From contig CM120640.1 of NCBI GenBank assembly GCA_051362555.1, positions 50,136,788 through 50,200,787 on the forward strand: 64,000 nucleotides of DNA. Direction: 5' to 3'. Positions 14,201 through 26,200 of this stretch are shown in pieces; the first letter of the stretch is position 1; the number at the start of each line of letters is the position of its first letter. The notes under the pieces are model-generated. The model was not told the DNA's origin. It did no database searches and saw nothing but the letters and a program-made list of their open reading frames with translations. The stretch is from Lingula anatina. Its lineage: Eukaryota; Animalia; Brachiopoda. The position numbers and the translations under genes were made by a program.

Positions 14201-17200
14201 TGTTGCTTGCCTTATGATACTTGCAGTACAACTCTTCATGTAATTGTTCACAAGAAATCCTGCATGCTGTGAATTTACCAACAGTTCTTGGGTATAGGTT
14301 TAGATATATTAGAATGGAAGAACTAACAATCATAACTGTAATGTAGGAAGTACAGTACCCTGTGTACTAATGTTACAGCAGGTTAACTGACAAGTTAACC
14401 TGAGTAGCAGTAAAGTTTAAGGAGAAAATAGATTTATCGATTATAGTTTTATTTATTCTCGACATTTAATATCCACTCCAAACAAATTTGTCATTTGATT
14501 AATATTTTTTGTTCCCACTTCAATATAAATCTAATTACCATTATAAGAGGATGGAGTATAACTTGTCTTCACATAGGTCCTTAAATTTTTGTCAGATTGT
14601 CCCCAGGATTAAGCTGTATGTCAAACTCCTGCTTTCCATTTACCTTCATTCTCCTCCAGTGGCAAACCTGACAAATGGACAAAACTGTTCCAGTTAAGGA
14701 TCATCCAAGACACTATAAAGCTTTCTTTTCAGATCCTTGTCCAAACAAGCCACCACCAACCCTGGAGTTTACCAGGAGAAAGAAGCCTGAGCGTAATGTT
14801 CCACTCAGCCCCACAGGTTATGTACAACCCCCCACCCCTAACTTCCCACCACCCTCACCCCACACTGCAGAGCTGGGCATACATGAAAAGATCAACCCAC
14901 AGGTTGGTGACCTGGTCTGAACTTTTCCAAATATGAAAACCAGTCAAGGTTTTTATAAAGTTAAATTTATGTTTGGATCATATGTACATTGTTTGTTAGT
15001 ATTAGAAAACTAATTATAACACACATAATGGGTATGGAAGAATGTTTTATGATGGTGAAGGAGAACCCTGTTTAAGGTTGCTGGGTAAAGGTTGCATCCT
15101 CCAATGGGATATATATTTAGACAGTAGGAAGTGGTAGGATGGATTGTGACCACATTTATCAACCGACCCCTGGTTCTTAATAGTTCATGCTCTTTATTAA
15201 TTAACCTTACTTTACTTTTTAAGATTCAATGATTTTTTTATCTCTCTGAATATCATGTTACTACATTTTCATTGCAGGAGAAACGCCAGTCTAGAGATAT
15301 CGAAACTATAACAGAACCAGCATATCTCCAGGCCCTGGGGGAGAGCAGCAGTTCTGCAGAAAATAGTGCTGGGGCCACTACAGAAGAGGAAAAGAGTCTT
15401 CCAGAAGTTACTGACAAACAGCCTAAAAGTGAAGCTGCATCAAAACTGACAGGAGAGAATAAACAGATAAAAGTTGACAATGTTCAATTAAGTGAAGACC
15501 AAGACAAAGATAAAACTGAAAGTGAGAAAAATATTTCTGAATCAGAGAAAGTTACAAGAACTCAGAGTGTTAAAGATGCTGGGGAAGAAAAAGAAAATTT
15601 ACGACCAGAAGATAATGCTGAGAATGTAACTGTGATCAGAAGGAAAAAGGAAACTTCCCCAGATATTGTCAAGGCAGATGCAAATAACCCCTTTTCAGGT
15701 ATGATTGATTTAACAGAATTTTCTTCTCTTTTTTGGTACATTTGATATTATTTTATTGATTATGGGTAAATATCAAGACTTCTTGATATTTATATCCATC
15801 TGAATTGAAGTCGACTTAAACTTTGAAGCAAATGTGCTCTTCAGAATGAATGCTGTAAATAATACCTCTTAGTAATGTCATTTTTGCAGTTTTGGCCAGG
15901 TTTAATTTTAGATGCAGTAAATATTTGTGAGTATAACAATAATTTAAAGAGCCATAATCATTACATTTAAAAGGTCATAACTTAAGGGATAATTTGTATT
16001 CATTATGAACTTCTTAAAAGAAATTAGTCTGCTCCTTAAATAGCTATTAACTATGAAGTCGTGTGTAGCATTATTTGATGGGTATGCTGTGGCATGCAAA
16101 TATCAAATTTATGACTCACTTGTCATAAATTTTGTTGCATGATGGACAGAATTCAAAAAGGATGGAAACATTCCAAGCAGACTTTGCTGTTCAATCATAA
16201 TAAGTTCTGTGTTTTTTTCTATACCCACAGTGGATCTGAAACAGAGTAAGTGAATTTTGGTGTTGTAATGTGGTTTGAGAAATGATTTATTTTGTTCAAT
16301 TTTTGTATGATTGACAAAATTTTGCTTCAATTGCCAGTGTGTTGTTTGAATGTTTTTGTTGTGATTGCATTAGCTGTGTGATGTCTGCTGTACTGCAGTG
16401 ACTAATATAACTCATGATTCAGCTAGAATTAAAATTAAATTGATTAAAGTTGATTGTCAGAATTGGATGTAACATCCACTAACATGGTAGATAATGTGAC
16501 TCCAGTAAATTTAGTCATGTGTTCTTCCGTCATACTTGTGGCAGTCAGTGGTAAGGGACAGGCCAACAGAGTTCATTCCTGAAGCTCAATATTTCAAGAT
16601 AATTGCATTCCAACACTTGAAGAAGTTAATTGTGAGTAAAAATGGATCAAGCATCATCTCTGTCAACATCCTCAAATCTGGCTGTTAAGGGTAAGGATTT
16701 TATTAAGTAATGATTTAATGGGAAAGGGTTTGATAATTTGTTTGTAATTTGACCTGGTTTAGGAATGCGCAATGTATTTTCTTCTAATTTAGTTTTTGTT
16801 AATGGACTAAAGTTGCTTTGAAAGATGATTTTAATCATTATTTTTACAGATAAAGACTTTGATGAAAGCAACAGGGTTGTTGTTATGCTAAAAATACACT
16901 GGAATAATCTGTTGGTCACTAGAAATATTTTCGAACTATAATTTTATGAAGATGATATTTTTGGAGAACAATTTGTGTGAAAGTTTAAAAAATAGATAAA
17001 GGAATGTTAGAAAACTACCACCATGAATGTCTGTAGATCAGAAAATGCACAGTTATAGGATATTTAACTGTCTAATCTAAAAATATCTGTATTGTTTCCC
17101 AGTGTTGCATGTATCATATGTGTTATCATCTGCAGCTGCTCACCTGTTGCCAGAGAACTCAATGACACTAAGTATAAAACTAGCTGAACCTCAGGCAACC

Positions 17201-20200
17201 TGTGTAACATTTGTTTCTTGTCTGCTTTGCCTGCAGCCTTCAAAGCCACCAGTCCATGACCAAGAGCTCCCTCAGTCTAGAAGATGAAAGGTCTGGCTAG
17301 AACAATAGCCGTGTACATGACCTAGCATTACTTATGTGTTTATTTGTGAAGGTTAAAAAATGATCATGACAGGAATAGTTTTTAACTCCAGTTCACCGTG
17401 CAGTATAACTGGTTCTCCTATTGGCAGTTTGAGTTTTAGTTATACCCTCTGTAATGAAGTACTTAGCCATCAAGATGACGATATATAATCAGTTATTGAA
17501 GCACCTTGATTTCATTAAGATTTTTATCTTATGTACAAGGTCCATATTTAAAAGTAGTCCCCCCCCCCTTTTTTTTTTACTTGAAATGTGTTTTTTAATG
17601 ACTTGTAGACTTAAGAAACAGGTGCAATATCATTTACAAACTGGACATGACTGGTCACAGAATAGCTCTTGGTATGTTTTTAGTGAGGAAATAATCTCAA
17701 GGGAACAGATGTTATCACAGTGGATTTGCCTGTTTTGAAAGTTAATTAAATTATAACAAATCAAGAGTTCAGTGCTCAGTAAATTTTGGTGGTCTTTGCT
17801 GATAAGCATTCTGTCTTGATATTCTAGTATGGTGGTTAGTTGTAGGTGGTCTGTGGGGCTGTCATCCTACTGTTATTGCTATTGCTGATTGCTACATAAT
17901 GATGTGTATATTTTGTGTTAGGAGGGAGGGGATACTTCTCAAGCCAGCTGGACACAGCTTGATGACCTGTAGGTTAAGGAAGGACTAGGCTGATATACCA
18001 TCTGGACTTCAGATCAGGAAAGATACAGGCAATATTTTTAGATAGAAGTGATAATCACAGATACAGGAATATTTCATTTGGCATCAGTGTATTCCCCTGT
18101 AATGGCACATTGAATTTACGGAAACAGGTGTGCATAAAAATGATATGGAAATGTTTTTTCAACAAACAGGAAATGTAAAAAAGCTGAACAGTGATTGGAT
18201 GGCTGTCCGACTTAATGTCAATAATTTACGTTGAACTGTAACTGGTTATTTCCAAGCATCATAGTAATGGATGTTAGTACATGCATTTTATTTTAGGAGC
18301 TAACAGTGTTTGGGTGTATTTGGCAATGTTTGATTTTTGTTGCTGAGAAAAAGTGATGTCCATATTGAATTTACACTTTCAACTTCTTGCAGATTGAGCT
18401 TTGCAATTCTGTTTTGACCAGCTTCATTGTCATGGTAATGATGCTTTGACCAATTACTGTATGCAAATTACATACAGCCCAGATTGATTGCCAGTTTGAC
18501 TTTTACTGGCAGACGCGTGCCATCCAGGTGAGCTATGTGATGGTTGTATTTAATTTGCCAAATTTCTGGCAGACCGATGGAGTGTTAAGATGTGAAGATG
18601 CTCAGTTACAAAAGGAGGTCTATTAATGTCTCAGGTAAATCAACTGACCAGCTGGCTGCCTGGATACTTGAGGACTTTATTTGAGGCTTGCCAAAAGGAG
18701 ATTTGATAACAGCATTTACAGCCTGCGTAACTTCTTTATTTGGAGCCTGGAGTGCTCAGATGAAAACCAGGTGTCACTGGTGAGAGCAAATGTGCCAAAA
18801 TCTGAATTCGGTAAAAAAAGACCTTCCTTGAGAAATGGCAGTTAAAACTTAGGATTCTCTGCCACTTGCTGCCAAGCTATAATTTCTAAACTTGCCACTA
18901 GCTGGGATGACTATTCAGAAAAGGTGGATTTAGCTGTTTTTCATAGAGCCAGTATTGTATAGGAGAAGTGCTGCTGGTTAAATTGGCAAGGGTGCTTTTC
19001 AGGGAATTGTTGCCTCTGGATGAAATAAGTGTTCTGTGCATTGAATTTGGATGGAGTAGAAAAAGCTGGCCCTTTTTCCTCTGTCTTTTTAAGGCAAAGT
19101 TTAAGTCATAACAAACTGAATGGAAACTTAATCATTTCTGTGCATGCAGATGGATGATCAGCTGCTGGAAAACATGGATCAGTTCAACAGTGCCAAGGCT
19201 AAAATTCTTAATGCTTTCTGTTGCTGCAGAAGGACAGGTAATATACTTGTTTGATTAATATTTTCATTCATTCATTTATGCATTATCTCATTCATATTTG
19301 TAAACATATCCATATGTTTACCTAAAAAGGGAATGCTGTTATATGTGGAAAGTCATTAATAATATTTTAGAGTAATTTTGTATGAAGCTGGCACCAGTTG
19401 CTGTTTAGAGGTGCATACTTATATGTTTAAGTCTACATTCTTATCTGATTACTACAGTCAGTGTTGTCAGATGACACATGACACTGCTGTTTACATGCAG
19501 TTTTCACCCTCAGTCTAGTCCTGACAACACTGGCAAGGCACTAGTTGTACCAACCAACATCACGTATGTAGAAAAAAAGAAGAAAAAAGATGACAGTACG
19601 TTCTGGGCACATGTATATGTATATTGAGTCACAACATACTGTAGGTACAAACACACACAGTCAGGCACTGTTGTCTGGAGGAGTATTTTTACAAGGTCCT
19701 TAGGCTTTGTATGACTCATGAAAGTTGTCAAAATTACAGATTAAATTGCTGATGGTTAGGTGGCATTTTGATTACTCAAACCATGTCTTTTAGTCCCCCC
19801 CCCCCCTCCCTCATCTCCACCTGCTTGTGTAATTAAGTCTACAGCCTGGAAGGAAGTCATTGTGCATGGTTGTGATAAAGCCAGGTAAGTAACTATACAG
19901 ATAGTTGTACTTGTGGAGATGGCAGATAAGATAAAGTGGTGATGGAGATATTATACGGTGTTCATAGAGACAGCGTTTTTGCCACTCATATGTGTCACTG
20001 CCATTCCACAGTGTTTTTATGCAGCAAGATAACAAGAATAGGTTTCTGGGAAATGTGAAATACAGTTGCTGATTATTTTTTCATTTGAGCATATTTGAAA
20101 CTGACTCATAATACATTTTATATTTTATATTTAAAGTTCAGGGGAATATTCTTTCTCTACCAAACTGGTATGTAAATCAGTTAGCTACAGTAGTTAGTGA

Positions 20201-23200
20201 TGGAAAACGCAAAAGCATTCTGTTCTTTATTTTTATGAAACTGTTGCAGTTGCAAAAAATATCATTTTGTTCTAAAAAAGAATTCAAATTAAGGTCATGA
20301 GGAAATATTTTGCCCGCCATAACCTTACTTCCCGACTAAAGATTGAACTCGTTCAGAAATAACAAAGTGAATATTGGCATCTTGTGAATTATAAAAGCCA
20401 AATTGATATTTCTTCTTATGAAGCTAATTGGGATACATAAAATTAAGTTATTAATTAAACAGACATTTAAATGGAACTGATATATAAGAAAAGCCTGGTT
20501 TCACCCTCTGGACATGATTTCACATGAACTTTTACATGGATACTGATTAATTTGGATTTAATTGTCCTTGTCACAGTTGTAGTATGGACAGGGACCCACA
20601 GTGTTGTATGGTTGGCAATGGTCTGACTGAAGTATCTTTCCTCCTGAATTTTTATTGAAAGTTTTGGTTTCTTAAATCTTATCCTCCTTACGCACAGCTC
20701 CTTTTCTGTCTTATACACTTTTTCAGACTTGTTTGAAATTCTAACTGTTGTCAGCTATGATGTTATCAATAAGTTTGTAGATGGATATTCTACAGAATTG
20801 CCATAAAGAGTCAGTTTTTTATGCCCTTCAAAACAATTAGAGTATATGTAATGACTCTCAAAGGATGGCTATTATGTGCAGGAAAATAAGTACATGGATG
20901 ATATCAATAAACTTGCAAGGCATTGTGATAATATAATATCTTTTTTTTCTCATTTGTATTTAGCATTGAATGAAAAAATGCATAATGGTAAATGTTACCA
21001 ATAAAAACATACTAAACACATAGTGGCTTCTAATCCATGTAAATGTCATTTATGTATGGCTGTTCCACTCCAGTATAGCAGAGCTTACCAGTGAAAACTT
21101 TCAGTGTGGTTCAGCAGGGACAAGAAATCCCAAACCTTTCCCTTGGAATTATAGATAAAGATATCACTGGGCAGCAGTCAGCCTGCAGTCTCCCATTTCT
21201 CCTTGGAGGCAGGCCAGCAGCATTTAACACAACAGGGTCAGTGAGGAACATTAATACATATACCCTTAAAACAATAGGCTTACTCACTCATGGCTCTTCT
21301 CCATTGTTATCTGATAGAATACGAATGTGTTATTATTGACAACACTCTTATTAATCAAGTGAGTACAAGGGGGGACACTGGTGTCAGGAGCTGCCATAGT
21401 ACCACTTGTAAGGAGAACAATGTTTATGGGATGTTGTGATACGTAATTTGTATGAATGTTGAATGCTGTGGGATCTACACATGAATTTGATAGGACAGGT
21501 AAGATTTCTTGATGTATACGTGTATGATGTAATCTGTGTGACAATAATTCATTGGAAGATAGGTTGTTTCTATTACTACGGTACTATGTACCCCGTTTAT
21601 AAATCAGTTAAAGATAAGGGTGATCGTGTACTGTTTTTTATTTTTATTTTTAAACCAAAAAAGATGAATGCACCATATAATTATTTTCTCTTTCCCATTT
21701 GTTAAACACTTGTGGAGCTAACACATTACAGACAGCCATCTGGTTTTAAATCAAGAAAATGTTCCCAATTCTACTCAAAATTGCTAGTCTTGACTGCAAT
21801 TTAAAATATACTGTCAGCAATTAAGGCATTCCTGCTGACTAAGAAAACCAAATAATTAACCGAATTTAAGCTTTACTATGATATAAGAACCATTGGCAAG
21901 TTCTGTTCTTTCTGTGGATCATATTGATTGAAATTCTTCATGCAAGAAAATATTGATGGTCAATTAACATATCACACAGCTGACTTATCCCTGCTATAGA
22001 TAGTGCAGGCATGAGTGCATTTTATATCAAGCATAGATTTGAGGTTGTATTCATTTATTTTCAGAGATAAATAGATAACACAAACACTTAGTTTAACCAT
22101 GTTGTATTGATTGGTCTTCCAAACATGGATTATTAGATGACTGCAAAGAAAGGATCATGTATAAGTTGCTTACTACAAGTAAAACTGTTTGCTTTTGTTA
22201 ATTTTGCAGCATTTGGGATGTACATTTCCATCTACACCTGGGGCTTCTGTGATGTCGCAATATCCATATATCACTTCATTTTCCTCAGTCATAAATTATG
22301 CCTTCTGAGGAAGTTTTATATTGTGTAATGATTCCTTTATGAAATATCTTGCCCAGTTGTTATCTACTGACCATGCATGTTTATCCCCTGTGCCAAGTTA
22401 CATGGTCACAGGTGCAAATGTTTTACCTGCCCTGCGTGTATGTACTAGTTGTTTTTCCATGCTTTACACACCTTAGATATTGAACATTTTACAAGGGAAC
22501 AGATGGTCTGACTTCTCTGGCTGGCAGCTAAAGAAGGCTGTGGTTTTTCAAAGACTTAAAGAGTTGACTTTATAAAATTACAACACATTCTTAGAAAAAT
22601 CACAAAGCATCGTGGCTTTGATGTAGTAATTAAGCAGAATGAGGCTGGCAACAGATGGCCAGAGCCAGTCATGTGCAATTAGGAAAACCACTCTGACGTA
22701 CACTGCTCAAATGCTTCATGCACTGGGTATAAATCTGACAGAGCGCTCCATAATCAAAGTAATCAAGACGTTTGTTATGCCACATTTTTCAAGATTACAA
22801 CAGTGGAGCTTTTTATACCCGAGGTTGGTCCTGAGATATGGCTTGAAAATGGAGAAACGTTGAAAGATAGCGTGATATCTTTATGAGCATAGTATTACGG
22901 TATTTAGAGGCCAGTGGTGCTTATCTCAGAACAAAGCAAATTTAACATTCCATGCTATTGTTTAACAGTCCTTGAAATGGTACTGGTAGGTGTTGATGTT
23001 GTAGATGTTGTCTATATGAACACTGAATCTGTGAGTTATGTATCAGTGCAGTGTACAGCATTGTTAATGTCCAGTGACCCTGCCAAGTTGACATTTATTA
23101 CAGTCACCTGAAATAGTTTCACCTGTATCTTTCACATTTATGCCCACTTCTGTTATTTGGAAATAACACATGAAGGACTATCTGCTCCACAATATCTTCC

Positions 23201-26200
23201 ATAACAGTTGAATGGATATTGGCAAGGCTGGTGCAGAAGTGCACTGTACATGATAATAACTGTCTAAAGGGAAATTGGGAGAATTCCAGATTGGTACTTT
23301 TTGGATCAATATCTTGTTATATATAATTGAGATAAGTGCAGTAGGTACATGTACATGCATTGGTCTACAGGCAGTGGTTGTTTTACATGCTCTGAATGAA
23401 GTACTATTTAAGAGGACAGTTCTTTTGTGTAGAATTTTGAAGGTGAGTCTTTATACCATATTTGTAAGAATCTGGTGTGTACGGTGTTTGATTTTCCAAA
23501 AATTAAAAATAAATGTTGCAGTGATAACACACTTAATTCATGCAAAATTAGCTGTATTTCCACTTATTTGGATGATACATAGTAGTGTTTAGGCCAAAAG
23601 GTTTAAACAAGCAAAAAAAACAAAAAACAATATCTCTAGAAATTTTGATAATGAAGTGTTTGACATTTGTGAATTATTACCATATTTATAGTAAAAAAAG
23701 GCACATAGCAGAAATGTGTAATTTAGCCAGTCTCTCACAAAATTATTTTAGTTTCAATCGCCATATTTCATAAAGTGATTAAAATCGCCATCTCAACTGC
23801 ATTTTTTTAATTCAATCAAATCAAAAGATGATTAGCTAGTGCAGCTGCTAGCAAATTTAGCAATCAAAATTCACAATCTAATCACAGCCAAATGTAATTA
23901 CCTTAGACTAATTAATAGGGTTAGTCCTTGCTCCAGGTGGAGCACTATTTCACAATTATACCTTCATAATGTGTCAGTTTCAGCATATGTGAATAAACAT
24001 GAGGCAGGTGAGATCCCAAACAACATATCTATGCACAGGAAATTATATTTTCACAAGGAATTTACCATTAACCAAAATTGTTGATTTTGATAACTGCTCA
24101 TGTAAGAGTGTTGTTATTGTTCGACATTTTATCTTGTATTAGGATATTCCAGTGTGTCCTCAGCCTTAATCAGCATGCATGAAAGTGGCTAATCAATTCA
24201 TTTACCAATCACCTAGAGAAATTTTGGAACATTGATTGGCTGGTTACATGAGACAAAATCTAGTGTATTCCAAATTGGCAAGAAAGACCTGAAGGATAAA
24301 GTTGTAAATTTTAATATTGATCAACTATTTATGCTGTCTCTCTTTGACAGTGGTGTCTAGCTAGCTACCTAGCCAGCCAGTGCCAGAGTTAAAAGATGTA
24401 TGACACTGCATAAGGTGTGTGCCGTAGAAAGTTGAATGCTGGTTTGCATTAATGGATGTACAAGATCCTGTGGATACTTAATGAATGCTAAGTGTGTTCT
24501 GCTGGACCTTGACAAAGGGAGAGTGCAGGTTTGAGTCCTAAATGGCAGAGACATTTGCATTTCTTGCGACGATTTGGAAAGTTTTTAATTTTGCTGTCTT
24601 TCTTGGAGACTAGATCCTAGATGTGTGATTACTTGCTTAAGTATGCTGTGATGAATGTGGATATTATAAGATAGTCATGGAAATTATCCTCTGTGTCATC
24701 TCTGTCATGATTGATGTTTGTACGTCTATTTTAGATTATTGATTGACTTCCATCCTGGATATTACCATTCCAGGTCTAATCAGAGGCTCCATACCAGGAG
24801 GACAACGTAAGGTGGTATCCCAGATCTATGAAAATGTCTACATACAGCCAGGAGGACTGAGGAAGCCATCAAAAAGAAGATCGGCTCCAGGAAGTACGTA
24901 TCTTGCATATGAAGCACTGAAGAAGAAGGACTCTGAGAAATCAAAAGGAATGGGGGACTCCATAAGTGAGGAAAAAGAGGGAGAGAGGACAGCAGAAGAA
25001 GAACAGGAAGAAGATGAAAATTCCATTGATGAAACAGAAGAGTGGGCACAGGTGAGATAAAAGTCACACATAGAGCTTAAATGCTAAAAAATTTAACAAG
25101 TTTGTGATTAATTCAGTATTTTTATTTAACAAATTTTGGAGTATTTCTCTTTATCTAGTTACATTGATATAAAAAGAAAGATTGAATTACTGTAAAATTG
25201 AATAACATACTTCTTTAATATAAATTAATTCTCTGTATCACAGTCAAGAATTAGAATTAATTTGGTAACAGGTTCGTGTCTTATTTCATATATTTCAACC
25301 AATGTTATTAATGACAGTAATAAGTGAAAAGTGGTCTACATTTCTCCAAAGTTCCCATTCCCATGCATTATACAACTGTTGCAGACATTTTACTGGAAAT
25401 GTCTTGTCCAATTATCCCATACAGCTTTATTATTATTATCTCAAGTGGTTTGAGCTACACTGTTCAAATATGTGGCATAGGATATTGATTTTTGCTTACC
25501 AGCACATCTCTGCATTAAATAAGCTTCAAAATATCAACTTATAAACCTTCAGTGTATTGGAGTTTAGTATACCTTGTCCTATACTCAGAAACTGTGTTGT
25601 TGGTTCTCTGGCATTTTTTGAATTGGCATTCTAGATGCCCCCAAAATTGATTAAGTTGAAAATTAAGTTCATTGGGAAATACTGGAAATTGAAGAACAGA
25701 TGTTTGTATAGGATTGGTAAAAAATTAGCAAATACTCTAAATGTCATGACAAAATCATTTAAAACAAGTGGTTTGCATTTAAATTGCATTGTTACTAATG
25801 AAAACGGCGAAAACGGTCTGTTTGCTCCTGAAGGAGAACGAGATTGTTGTTTTCATCTCTTTTGTTTTTATTAGATTCTTATTTGTTCAGCAATAGGTCT
25901 GTGTAGCCCTGTGGTTAAGTGGATTGAAAAGCATGTAAATTCAGAGTATAAAAGTAAAACACATCAATGATAATAACATCTTTTTATAATTTTTTTTTTT
26001 TTATTTATAAATTGGAAAACTGTAGATTATAATGTGTAGAGAATTGGCGTTTGACTACTTGAATTAGTTGTAACTGTTGTCTGATATGTAACCAGCACTG
26101 TGTGTGTGAATACTAATTGTTTAATTGACTGGAGTTGATGCAGAGGAAGTCATAGATTCTGTTTTATTTGCAGATGAGCAGGAATGGCAGACGTGAATGT

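Noticed and set aside
14379-15791. Short hairpins at 14379-14402 (10-bp arms) and 15768-15791 (11-bp arms)
   Set aside because: Isolated and too short for pre-miRNAs; plausible by chance or as repeat debris in AT-rich DNA.
24351-24414. Exon-like segment with a good acceptor and AAG|gtgtgt donor
   Set aside because: There is a stop in the host frame and the length is not a multiple of 3; no other support.
5454-25071. Antisense and alternate-frame ORFs overlapping real exons (5454-5717, 5541-5783, 13382-13588, 15253-15480, 24780-25067, 24838-25071)
   Set aside because: Shadow ORFs caused by the codon bias of the + strand exons.
26174-26200. ttgcag|AT GAG CAG GAA TGG CAG (DEQEWQ), resembling the DETEEWAQ end of the upstream exon
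   Set aside because: It is followed by ACG TGA and has no phase-0 donor to join exon A. It could be a duplication relic but is too short to support.
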